A DNA stretch of 15,401 bases from Candidatus Coprovivens sp. (GTDB lineage: Bacteria; Bacillota_I; Bacilli_A; RF39; UBA660): the NCBI GenBank assembly GCA_051892935.1, contig JBJFGS010000023.1, positions 1 through 15,401 of the forward strand, given 5' to 3'. Made by a program: the position numbers and the translations under genes. This document shows positions 1 through 9,100 of this stretch, piece by piece. The number at the start of each line of letters is the position of its first letter. Position 1 is the first letter of the stretch. The notes below the pieces were generated by a model. The model was not told where the DNA came from and did not search any database. It worked only from the letters and a program-made list of their open reading frames with translations.

Positions 1-590
1 TTGTCACTTTTTGGAAAAGCAATAGCAATAAAATCACAAAATCTATGTTTATATAGAGGTTTATCATTAGAAATAGTAATTTCAGGATAATAACCGCAAA
101 TACCGTGATTAGGTGTGAAAAAATTTAAAAAATTAATATTAAAATTACAAAAACCTTTTAAATTAAAAGATTGAGATTTAATAGAGTTAGAATAAGGTAT
201 AGCGGAGCTAAAATCATTATTTTCAAAATATGAAAAACGTTGATAAAAAGTTGTATCGTAATTTTCATCGGGTGTTATTTCATCTTTATGATTTATTAAA
301 GAATAAGATGAAATAAATAAAAATCCATCAAATAATTCTGGTTCAGGAATGTTAAGAATATTATCTTTAATATAAAAAGCATTATTTGGTAAATTTGTTC
401 TTTTATCTAAAAAATTAACTCTTGTATATTCTGCGTTTTTACCAACGGTATCAAAATCAAGTCTACCATAACAAATAATAGGTTTTAACATTTTATTAAT
501 ATCAATAAAATTTTTTAAATAATTTAAAACATCATTATTGTTGAATAAATCATCACTAACAACGTTAGTTGAATTAATAGAATTATACAT
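1..590 (-). CDS. Hypothetical protein, runs off the left edge (MYNSINSTNVVSDDLFNNND...)
   Basis: ATG at 590-588 just after the stop of the upstream gene, with AAAGGAG SD. Frame stays open for 196 codons to position 1. No family recognised. Confidence 0.75.
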   Translation of the reverse strand, partial: MYNSINSTNVVSDDLFNNNDVLNYLKNFIDINKMLKPIICYGRLDFDTVGKNAEYTRVNFLDKRTNLPNNAFYIKDNILNIPEPELFDGFLFISSYSLINHKDEITPDENYDTTFYQRFSYFENNDFSSAIPYSNSIKSQSFNLKGFCNFNINFLNFFTPNHGICGYYPEITISNDKPLYKHRFCDFIAIAFPKSD

Positions 591-593
591 ATA

Positions 594-1880
594 TTATTCT
601 CCTTTCTTAAAAAATTCTAATAGTCCATATACATTTCTTGAGCTATAACCACTTTTATAATCTGAACTATCTGAGATTACAAAATTAAAAGGAGGATTAG
701 TACACCATAATTGAGTAGAACCACCACCGTCTAGATTAAAAGCATAAGGAATGTTAAGTTCTCTACAAATAGCAACTTCGCCATTAAAATCTATACCAAT
801 TGAACGAGGTAAACGTCCTTCTATTGTTAATAAATAAAAATAATTATCATCATAGCCAAGAATTGTTCTAGTATGTTTTCTGTTAATAATATAATTAAAA
901 TTAGGGTCAGATTGTGGAAGTTCATTAGCTGGTATAAAAGGAACATTATTAATTAAAATAGGATGCCAAATTCCGAAAGCTTGGTAATAACCATTATTAA
1001 TTAAATCTTGAGCCGTTAATAAATGATTAATATCTTTAGTGTATTTAAAATTACCATTTATATCAATACCAAAATAATACCAAGGTTCTTGATTAATATA
1101 AGATTCTTCAGCTAATTGACCATTAATAACGCAAGCACCTTTAAGTTGACCATTTATATATATTTTATTAGATTTATTTTTTAAATAATTATAAATACCG
1201 TTTGAAAAAGTATTATTATTAAGAATTTGAGTAAAAGTAAAGTTTTTTCTAGGAATTTTTATAAGATGATAATAACATTCAATTTGTGAAGAATAAGCAC
1301 TTTCTAATTTTATTTCATTTGTCATTGTAGAATAAACAAAATTATTATCAACAATTTTTTCAGCAATAAGATTATTTGTGTTTATTAATCTAATAATTAA
1401 GTTATCATCAATAGTATCGGATATATTAAATTCTCTTATTTTATAAAAACTACCTAAACCGTCGTTATATTTTAATTTTCCAAATATACGTACAAAACTG
1501 CCGTTTAATAAGTTTGTAGAATTTTTTAAATCTTCTTTTGTATTAAAAGATAAAATAGCATTAGTTTCTAAATAACTAGAAATAATTTGTTGTAATATTC
1601 CATCTTGAGCCATTTCATCTAGTTTATTATTAATTTCCTCTTGTACATCTAAATTATCAAAATAATGGTCAACATAATTTTTCAATTGATTAAATAATTC
1701 TTGAATTTCTTTAGTTGCTTCAGAATTATTATTAATGGTAGGTATAACAGTTTTTTCTAGATAATCACAAAGCCATAAAAGTTGTTCTTCATAAGTCATT
1801 GATATTAAATAACTTGAAGGTAAATTACCGATTGTCATACAAAATCTAGTAAAAGGTTTTAAAAATTTAATTTCAGACAT
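594..1880 (-). CDS. Virion appendage/tail-spike protein with C-terminal phosphodiester glycosidase (NAGPA-like) domain
   Basis: Coiled-coil-like N-terminus (LDVQEEINNKLDEMAQDG). C-terminal motifs RKHTRTILG, TIEGR..RSIG and AFNLDGGGST are typical of the phosphodiester glycosidase family. Located after the lower collar; AGGAG SD. Confidence 0.75.
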   Translation of the reverse strand: MSEIKFLKPFTRFCMTIGNLPSSYLISMTYEEQLLWLCDYLEKTVIPTINNNSEATKEIQELFNQLKNYVDHYFDNLDVQEEINNKLDEMAQDGILQQIISSYLETNAILSFNTKEDLKNSTNLLNGSFVRIFGKLKYNDGLGSFYKIREFNISDTIDDNLIIRLINTNNLIAEKIVDNNFVYSTMTNEIKLESAYSSQIECYYHLIKIPRKNFTFTQILNNNTFSNGIYNYLKNKSNKIYINGQLKGACVINGQLAEESYINQEPWYYFGIDINGNFKYTKDINHLLTAQDLINNGYYQAFGIWHPILINNVPFIPANELPQSDPNFNYIINRKHTRTILGYDDNYFYLLTIEGRLPRSIGIDFNGEVAICRELNIPYAFNLDGGGSTQLWCTNPPFNFVISDSSDYKSGYSSRNVYGLLEFFKKGE

Positions 1881-1900
1881 TTTATTTTCTCCTTTCTATT

Positions 1901-2611
1901 TTAATATAATCCCATAAATAGGATATTTAATTCTTTTATAATTTCGGCGTCTACTGCTCGAATTGTATCTCTATATTGTAAAATCATTTTTTGGTAAGAG
2001 TCTAAGACGCCTTTATTTCCATATTCGTGATGAGTAAATTCTTCTATTGATTCAGATTTTGAAGTAGATTCAGAAGAAGTGTTAGTATTATCTTTAATAT
2101 TTGAAGAAGATTCAGAACCAGAAGTATTAGAAGCATATTTACCGCTTAAAATTTCTTCTTTATTAATTTGACCTTGAGGGGTATCAGAATTAATAGTTAA
2201 TCCAGAAGAATTATTATTTGAATCAGAATTAGAATTACCTTTACTAGTGCCAGAACCTTCGCCTTTAATTTTTCTTGTTTCTGTAATATCAAAATCAACA
2301 GATTCAAGAGGGTCATATTCTAATGAATTTGAATAAATAATAGGTAACATCTTTTCCATTAATTCTTGCATAGTAACTTTTGCGTAATGTTTAAAAAGAT
2401 AAGGTGTTTCAAAACCAATTTCACGCATAAAGTAGTGGTCAACGATTTTTTGAGCTAGTCTATCTTTATTCCAAACATTTAATTTATTAATAGTTTCAAT
2501 TTGAGAAGGACTTAAAAATTCTGTAATTTCATAATCTTTAAACCATTTTTCTACTTCATTTCTCCCATAAATTTCGCAAACCTTGCGAAGTTCAATAGTA
2601 TACTTAGACAT
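1901..2611 (-). CDS. Lower collar protein (phi29 gp11-like), 236 aa
   Basis: Motifs HYFMREIGFET, SDTPQ and ELNILFMGLY; directly follows the connector. Likely start is ATG 2611 (MSKYTIELRK) behind GAAGGTG, overlapping the connector stop. Confidence 0.85.
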   Translation of the reverse strand: MSKYTIELRKVCEIYGRNEVEKWFKDYEITEFLSPSQIETINKLNVWNKDRLAQKIVDHYFMREIGFETPYLFKHYAKVTMQELMEKMLPIIYSNSLEYDPLESVDFDITETRKIKGEGSGTSKGNSNSDSNNNSSGLTINSDTPQGQINKEEILSGKYASNTSGSESSSNIKDNTNTSSESTSKSESIEEFTHHEYGNKGVLDSYQKMILQYRDTIRAVDAEIIKELNILFMGLY

Positions 2612-3569
2612 TTTCTTCACCTTCTTCAATTTCGATTTCTTCAGGTTTTTTATAATCTGTAATAATACTTTGTTCTTTTTTAATAATATTGTATAAATCA
2701 GAACGTACACGAACAGTAATTTCTTTATCTGTTCCTTTTAGATTATATTTATCATTAAATTGTTTACAAGCTTCTAATCTAGGAGCTAGGAAAGATTGTA
2801 AATTTAAATTAATAAGCTCGTTATTTGAATTAGCCTCGTCACTTATTAATCTTTCTTTCTTTTCTAACATTATATTATTAATACCTAAAAAGGTCAATGC
2901 CTCGTTCCAAATTTCTTTTTTATAATCTTGTAATTTATCTGCTAGAAAAGGCGCTCCTGTATTAATTGCACGAAGTAATCCATCTTTAAGTTGTAAATTA
3001 TCTCCAAAAATAAAAGGAGAGTTTCCGTCATATTGTGAATATAAATTTTCCATAAATAAACGTTGTTTCTCATCACATATTACCATAACAGGAAATTTTT
3101 GAGATTTTATATTAACATCGCAAGTTCTTTCAGCCTCATATAACCTATAAGCAAATAATTCCATGGAACCCATAGTTGGTATTCTATCATAATTATTTTG
3201 CACTAAAATACAAGTATCATCTTTTTCGTTTATTATACCTGTATACAATTTCCTTGTAGTATTGTAATTTAAAGAATAACAATTAAATGCTACAGGCAAA
3301 TTATAAATGTTAAGCATACCAGAAGAAACGCATTTTGTATTAATAAGTCCCATGGTTTCATCATTTAAAAAACAAGCTTGACCATCTTCATATAAACAAA
3401 GTTCTAAAAATTGTTGATTCATAGAAGGTGGTAAATTAACCCATTCAAACATACTTAAGCAAATTTTTCTAAATCTATCTAAATAATCTAAATAAGTAGC
3501 ATTATTTAATACACTAGAATCTATATATTTATAATTATTCTTATAATTAGTTTTTCTTTTTTTACCCAT
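2604..3569 (-). CDS. Head-tail connector / portal (phi29 gp10-like upper collar)
   Basis: Motifs SMFEWVNLP, IWNEALTFLGINN and KKERLISDEA; 321 aa; position between tail and lower collar. Confidence 0.92.
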   Translation of the reverse strand: MGKKRKTNYKNNYKYIDSSVLNNATYLDYLDRFRKICLSMFEWVNLPPSMNQQFLELCLYEDGQACFLNDETMGLINTKCVSSGMLNIYNLPVAFNCYSLNYNTTRKLYTGIINEKDDTCILVQNNYDRIPTMGSMELFAYRLYEAERTCDVNIKSQKFPVMVICDEKQRLFMENLYSQYDGNSPFIFGDNLQLKDGLLRAINTGAPFLADKLQDYKKEIWNEALTFLGINNIMLEKKERLISDEANSNNELINLNLQSFLAPRLEACKQFNDKYNLKGTDKEITVRVRSDLYNIIKKEQSIITDYKKPEEIEIEEGEENV

Positions 3570-3582
3570 TTTAAACTCCTTT

Positions 3583-5142
3583 CTAAATATTATTTTGAGA
3601 ATAATCTAAAAAAGTAGAAGGATTATGCCATATTGTAACTCCTGTATCAAAAATTCTTTTTATTGTTTGCATATCTTCTTGAGGAATATCACCAACGATA
3701 TTACAATCTATAGTTTTAACATAATTCCAATTAGGTCTTGTATTAATATTTGGAACTTTCAAAGAATTTACTTTATAGCCATACATTGTAAAATAATCGT
3801 CGATAATTTTTGCAAATTCTTGTTTAATTGATAATTGATAAAAGTAAAAAGTATTTGTTTTACTACAAGTATTAATATCACCGCCGTTTATGTTACCTTT
3901 TGAGGAATCTGGTATTAAACTATGTTGATAAATTTCAGCCATTTGGTTGGCAATTCCAAAAGCACCAGAAACAACACTACCAGTTCCAAGTATTGCACCT
4001 CCACCAGTTGCAATTGCACCAATACCAGTTCCAATTGAAAGTAAATTTGAAGCCATACCAATACCAATATTTACACTATTCTGAGTAAGCCAGTTTATAT
4101 ATTCGTCTTTACTCCAAGAAAGTGAAGGGAATTTACCGAGCCATTAAGCCTTCATCTTCGTTGTTTTTATCTCCTGTTACTTTATAATTTAAAGGTGTAG
4201 CTTTTATAGAAGCACCAACAGAAGGCACACCTTTTATATTAAATATACATTTATTTGGAGCCTCTTCAATTTCGTTAAATAATTCGTACTGTAATGTATT
4301 TGTAGAACCATTATTATTACTTAAAATTAAACAAGTATAAGGAAATGTTAATAATTTTTTATTTTTAGGTATATAACCATTTAAGCTATTAGGTTTACTT
4401 ATTTCTACAGTGTCGTAAAATGGAGTAGTTTGTCCGGAATATTGATTTTTTCCTTCTATAATATTTACGAAATATTTAGGAACTGCATAAGCAGAAATTA
4501 TTGCGTCTGTATTTCTATAACTATTAATTATTGAAATAAATTCATCTATATTATAAGCAATATAAGCACCACCGAGAAGCAAAAATTCCTCCGAAATCTG
4601 TAGCATAAACTTTTTTTGTTTCTTCATCACCTGTTGACCATTCGCTTACTCTAATTAAATAACATAAATCTTTTAATTTATCATATTCTATTAAATTGTC
4701 AATTATATATTCACCGTGTTCTAAGCTTTCTGGTACAGTATGTTTGCCAATTGTATCATCTATTACGTGTTCTCTTTCAACAAAGCTCTTTTTAAATATT
4801 ATGTCAAATTGCCAAGTTTGGTATACGTCTGTTTCTATTGTTATGTTAGTCATATAATCGTTATCATATTCCATTTTTGTTATAAATGCATAAAACCACT
4901 TGTTACCATAATTTTCATTTTGATACATTACATAATTATATTTTAAAATTGTATCAATGTGACCGTGGAAAACGTATTATACCATTTTTACGTTGATAAG
5001 AAATATTTTCTATTTCTATAGATTCACAATTATTAAAGTAATTAAATTGTTCTTGTTCGCTTGCAAAATTTAATTGATTTTTATTATCTAATTCAATTGG
5101 AACTTTTAAAAGTTTTAAAGTTGTATTAGGGGATATTGCCAT
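3583..5142 (-). CDS. Major tail (knob) protein, phi29 gp9-like, 518 aa if three +1 shifts at CGG are applied
   Basis: Four track ORFs join by skipping the C of in-frame CGG at 4965-4963, 4574-4572 and 4138-4136, giving IRFP-GHID, IFAS-GGAY and GLMA-GKFP. Motifs KWFYAFIT, IETDVYQTW, FVEREH and MYGYKVN..WNYVKT. Confidence 0.88.
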
Positions 5143-5164
5143 TTTTTCACCTTCCTTATTTTAA

Positions 5165-5198
5165 TAAAAGGCAAATATATTTTTATATTTGCCTTTTA
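5165..5198 (-). terminator. Intrinsic terminator-like hairpin after major capsid gene
   Basis: Perfect 15-bp inverted repeat TAAAAGGCAAATATA / TATATTTGCCTTTTA with a 4-nt loop, between the capsid stop and the tail SD. Confidence 0.75.
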
Positions 5199-5203
5199 TA
5201 ATT

Positions 5204-6532
5204 TTATGCATTTTCTACAGTAACACTAACACTTGTTGAAACATTTCCAGCGGTTGCCGTTAAGTTAGCAGTTCCTTGACCTGTAGCAGTTATTTTGCAT
5301 TCTCTTTCTGATACTTTATCTACTATAAATATTTCTTCGTTATCAGATTCATAAGTTATTGTAGGTGAATTTGCATTATTTGGATTAACTGTTATTTCTA
5401 ACCCTTCTACATCACCAACATTTAATATAGAAATTCCTTCAGGAGCTTTAAAATCTAAAGAAGTAATAGAGATTGTAGGTTCTTCTGTAGCAAATACAAC
5501 TGCATTTGCAAAATAAGAATAATTAAACATTTTAATTGCATTTAAATAATAGTTTATAGTTCTATTATTTGCATTTTTAAAGTCATCAATATATAAATCT
5601 TGTTCTTTTATTCTAAACCATGATTTATCGGCAATTATACCTAAAATTTTACTTCCGTCAAATAATAATTTTCCTGTTTTTCTATCATAAATATTGAAGT
5701 CATTTACAGGTAAAATATTACCCATTAATGTAGTTTTATCTACATTAAAAGCAGTTGCTAATACGTCTACATCTAATTCAGAACGAATTTCATTTTTAAT
5801 TAATAAAACAATGTCTTCTGGGTTTGTAAATGTTTCTATTGCTCTACCATATCCGCCAATTTTTGACCAAGCGTTATATTTATCTGTAGGAGTTTGGAAG
5901 TTTAAGAATAATGTTCTTGCCATTTTTACAAATTGTTTTGATAATGCTTCTGTATTAGGTTTATTTATAGTTTGGATTTGTACGGCATTACTTAAGTAAG
6001 CTCTTGTTACAATTGCTTTTGTATTGTTGTATTCGTCTATATAATATCCATTATACAAAGAGTTTGTTTGGTCTGTTATATAACTTTCTAAAGCTCCCCA
6101 GCTTACAAAAGCTTGTTTTAATTTTTGTCTATTAACTGTAATTGGATATTGTTTATCAAAATTGATTCCTTGATATTGTACTTTAACATCTGCCTCATAT
6201 TTCTTTAAACAACCCGCAAAATCGTCTACGTCAAAATCTCTTCCAACTGCTGGGTTTGTAAATAATTCTTGTCCCATATAACCTAGTGGTAATTTGTCAC
6301 CTTCCAAAACTTTTAGAGGGTTTTTGTAAACCTTACTAAAAAATTGTGTATAAACAATTCTTTGAATTAAATTATCTGCAAATTCGTTAAATAGTCTAGG
6401 AACATTTAAAAGAGGTGCGGAAAATACTTCTATAGATGTAGTTTCATCTACTACAGGTACATTTGCTTGATATTCTGCGCTACTTGTTTCTCTTGCACTA
6501 TTTAATGCTACTGATAATCCTTCTTGACTCAT
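5204..6532 (-). CDS. Major capsid protein (phi29 gp8-like) with C-terminal Ig-like domain
   Basis: 442 aa; motifs NEFADNLIQRI, KNPLKVLEG and LKQAFVSW. C-terminal Big_2-like segment ITVNPNNANSPTITYESDNE...GQGTANLTATAG. Confidence 0.92.
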   Translation of the reverse strand: MSQEGLSVALNSARETSSAEYQANVPVVDETTSIEVFSAPLLNVPRLFNEFADNLIQRIVYTQFFSKVYKNPLKVLEGDKLPLGYMGQELFTNPAVGRDFDVDDFAGCLKKYEADVKVQYQGINFDKQYPITVNRQKLKQAFVSWGALESYITDQTNSLYNGYYIDEYNNTKAIVTRAYLSNAVQIQTINKPNTEALSKQFVKMARTLFLNFQTPTDKYNAWSKIGGYGRAIETFTNPEDIVLLIKNEIRSELDVDVLATAFNVDKTTLMGNILPVNDFNIYDRKTGKLLFDGSKILGIIADKSWFRIKEQDLYIDDFKNANNRTINYYLNAIKMFNYSYFANAVVFATEEPTISITSLDFKAPEGISILNVGDVEGLEITVNPNNANSPTITYESDNEEIFIVDKVSERECKITATGQGTANLTATAGNVSTSVSVTVENA

Positions 6533-6563
6533 ATTAAATCACTTTCCTTTCATTTTAAAATAT

Positions 6564-6879
6564 TTATTTAAAGTTGCCTTTTTCGTCGAAGGCATCTTTT
6601 AAACTAAATTTTTTTTCGTTTGTTTCATTATTTTTATTTTTTAGTGAGCTATCTTCACCGACTCCGACTTGTTGAAATAAATTAGCATTTACTTTTAAAA
6701 GATTTTCATTTGTTTGTTTAAGTTTAGATATTTCATTATCTTTATTTTGTAATAATGTATTTGTTGCGTCATTTTCTGTAATTAATGTAGCTAAGTCATC
6801 TGCAATTAAGCCAGCGTTTTCTTCACCGTAATTTTGTGTTAATATTATTTGTTAAATTTTCTAAATCTTCTTTTTTCAT
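6564..6879 (-). CDS. Putative scaffolding/head morphogenesis protein, 104 aa with one +1 shift
   Basis: ATG 6879 with GAAAGGA SD. In-frame CGG at 6828-6826 is followed by TGA. Skipping the C gives GEENAGLIADDLATLITEND...LLKVNANLFQQVG...AFDEKGNFK*. Coiled-coil character, immediately upstream of capsid. Absent from the ORF track. Confidence 0.75.
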
Positions 6880-6897
6880 AATATTATTTCCTTTCTT

Positions 6898-6927
6898 ATT
6901 ATATACATAAATAATTAAAATAATCAA
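6898..6927 (-). promoter_or_regulatory. Candidate sigmaA promoter for head genes
   Basis: TTGATT (6927-6922), 18 nt spacer, TATAAT (6903-6898), upstream of the scaffold SD. The region is very AT-rich, so a chance match is possible. Confidence 0.45.
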
Positions 6928-7551
6928 TAGAAAATTCTTCTATTTCTTAATTTTTTTGAATATAAAATCCATTTAAATTTTGTTTCTTCTTTAGTAGGCT
7001 TAGGAGGTGTTATACCTCCTAAATATTCATACCAATAATTTGCTTGCAAACCTCTACTTGGTTGCTCAGGGTCAAATGGTCTTTCATAATTTGCAATAAA
7101 ACATAATGCTAAATCATAAGGTAAATCTGTAGATTGTTTAAATTCTTGAAAACTTATTGGATATTGACTAGTAGGAAGCCATTGTATATTATTTTCTACC
7201 TCATAATTTATTCTTAACAAATTACAATCCATAGTAGATGGGTCTAAACCTTTAGCACTTGCCCAATCTGTATATTTTGTATAAGGTGTCCATTGTACTA
7301 AACCATAACCATGGCCGTCAGGGTCTCCTGCTATTCTATCACTTTGCCAACGTCCGAGGGTTTATACTACTTTCACTTTGCATATTTCCAAGCATTCCAC
7401 ATATTGCATTTAATGTAAATCCACTTACCAATAAAGATTTTGCAATATATTCTGCATTTATTTTCATTTGTTCTAGTGTTAAAGGATTTGAAGTATTATA
7501 ATCATTTCCCCAATAGTTTCCATAAGTTCCACTTCTTAGACTAAGTCCCAT
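6924..7551 (-). CDS. Phage tail lysozyme (phi29 gp13 N-domain-like), 208 aa with one +1 shift
   Basis: GMLGNMQSESSINP, then CGG at 7356-7354, then GRWQSDRIAGDPDGHGYGLVQWTP...FIANYERP. This is the typical Phage_lysozyme2 motif series. Confidence 0.88.
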
Positions 7552-7560
7552 TTATGTCAC

Positions 7561-8439
7561 CTACTTTATTTTTAAAATTTGATTTACATAAATTAAATCG
7601 GGATTTTTAATATTATTTACTTGCACTAATTTTTCAACTGTGGTATTATGTTTATTAGCAATAGAAGTTAAAGTATCACCTTTTTTAACAATATAAGTTA
7701 TTTCAGTACTTAATAATTTATTAACTTTTTCTTGTATAGAATAATAATTATATCCGTGCTTCTTCTAATCTTTGTTTTCTTTCTTCACCATTTCCCCATT
7801 TTCCTTCTAGTATTTCTCTAACGATTTCATCTTCAGATTTTAAAACTTTATTTTCTTCTTTAATTTCATTTAATTGATAATTCATATCAACATTACCTGT
7901 TATTCCTAAAATTTTACCTGTTGAAGTATATTGCCAAAAATCAACTTTAAAATTAGCAGTATGCTTGTCTCCCCATTGTGCAAGCCATATATAATATTTT
8001 TCTAATTTTTTAACATCTAAATAATTATTAAACCAATTTAAATTAGCATAAATACCTGCATTATATCCATTTTTTATTATTTCTTCACAAAAGTTTATTG
8101 CAATTTGTGTGCAAGTTTCTTTTCCTAAATTACTTGTGCTAGATTCTTCTAAATCAATAAAAACAGGTAGTTCAAATTTTTTTCCTTTTATAAAACTTAA
8201 ACAATTTTTTGCCTCTATCAAACTATTTTCTAAACTTGTACAATAAGAATAATGATAGCAACCGAATAGCTATACCATTTTCTTTTAATCCTTTATAGTG
8301 TTTTTCAAACATATTATCCTTTTGTCCTGAATCTTTTCCAAAACCGACAACGAATTATTGCAAATTCAATTCCTTGTTCTTTTAACTTACTATAATCAAC
8401 ATTTTGTTGCCAAGTAGATATGTCAATTCCTTTTCTCAA
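7561..8439 (-). CDS. Endolysin: GH25 muramidase + Cpl-7 (CW_7) repeat + LysM, 291 aa with three +1 shifts
   Basis: TTG start 8439 after AGGAG. Motifs KGIDISTWQ, FAIIRC-GFG, IAI-GCYHYSY, FIDLEE, WQYTSTG, VDMN; GKWGNGEERKQRLEEA-GYNY; YIVKKGDTLTSIA...IKNPDLIYVNQILKI. CGG at 8346-8344, 8264-8262 and 7756-7754. Confidence 0.9.
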
Positions 8440-8445
8440 TTTACT

Positions 8446-8538
8446 TCACTCTCCTTTTTCTTTATTAATAGCTAAAATACACATTGCTACTATTCCAAAA
8501 GTATATCCTAATAAAAATATTAATATTTCTTTAATCAT
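8446..8538 (-). CDS. 30-aa single-pass membrane peptide (MIKEILIFLLGYTFGIVAMCILAINKEKGE)
   Basis: Fills the holin-endolysin gap, overlaps the holin stop, is hydrophobic and carries the endolysin SD in its 3' end. Confidence 0.6.
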   Translation of the reverse strand: MIKEILIFLLGYTFGIVAMCILAINKEKGE

Positions 8539-9034
8539 TTGTATTATTCTCACTTTCTTTTTTATAAACTATTTCTGCCGTTTTTGCTATTGTTTCAACT
8601 ACTTTTTCGGCTGTAGCTTTCTTTTCTGTTATTTCTCCTGTAAATTCTTTCATAACATTTTCAAGGAAAATTTGTAATTTACGTGGAATTGGTAATTTAC
8701 ATAAAATCATATTTTTAAATATACTTAATATTTCAAAAACAATAAATAAAACATTAAAAAGTTCATTAAATCCAATTCTTTCAATATTTATATATTCTCT
8801 AATAGCGCTAGGAATAAATCCAATTAGATTTATGTTAACAATTGTATCAATCATCGCTAAAAATATAATTGCTATTAACATTCCCACTTTTCTTATTATT
8901 CCGTCTATTCCTATAGCGGAATTTATTTCTTTTTCTCTTATTGCTCTTAATATTCCGAAAATAGTATCTAAAACAATTAGAACACATAAAATTTTAAAAC
9001 TTTTATTATTAATTAAAAAATTAATATATTCCAT
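8531..9034 (-). CDS. Phage holin
   Basis: Three hydrophobic segments; motifs LDTIFGILRA, INSAIGIDGIIRK and EILSIFKNM..LPIP; adjacent to the endolysin. Confidence 0.85.
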   Translation of the reverse strand: MEYINFLINNKSFKILCVLIVLDTIFGILRAIREKEINSAIGIDGIIRKVGMLIAIIFLAMIDTIVNINLIGFIPSAIREYINIERIGFNELFNVLFIVFEILSIFKNMILCKLPIPRKLQIFLENVMKEFTGEITEKKATAEKVVETIAKTAEIVYKKESENNTND

Positions 9035-9071
9035 AATTTTTTCACCCCTCTTTTATTATTTCTTTAGTATT

Positions 9072-9100
9072 ATTCTATCATTCTTTTTTCTTTTTGTCAT
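9072..9100 (-). promoter_or_regulatory. Candidate promoter for lysis/late genes
   Basis: ATGACA (9100-9095), 17 nt spacer, TAGAAT (9077-9072) with extended TGn, overlapping the polymerase stop. Confidence 0.55.

Noticed and set aside
2040-2260. Ser/Asn/Thr-rich repetitive stretch
   Set aside because: Low-complexity coding sequence typical of lower collar proteins; not a DNA repeat array or CRISPR.
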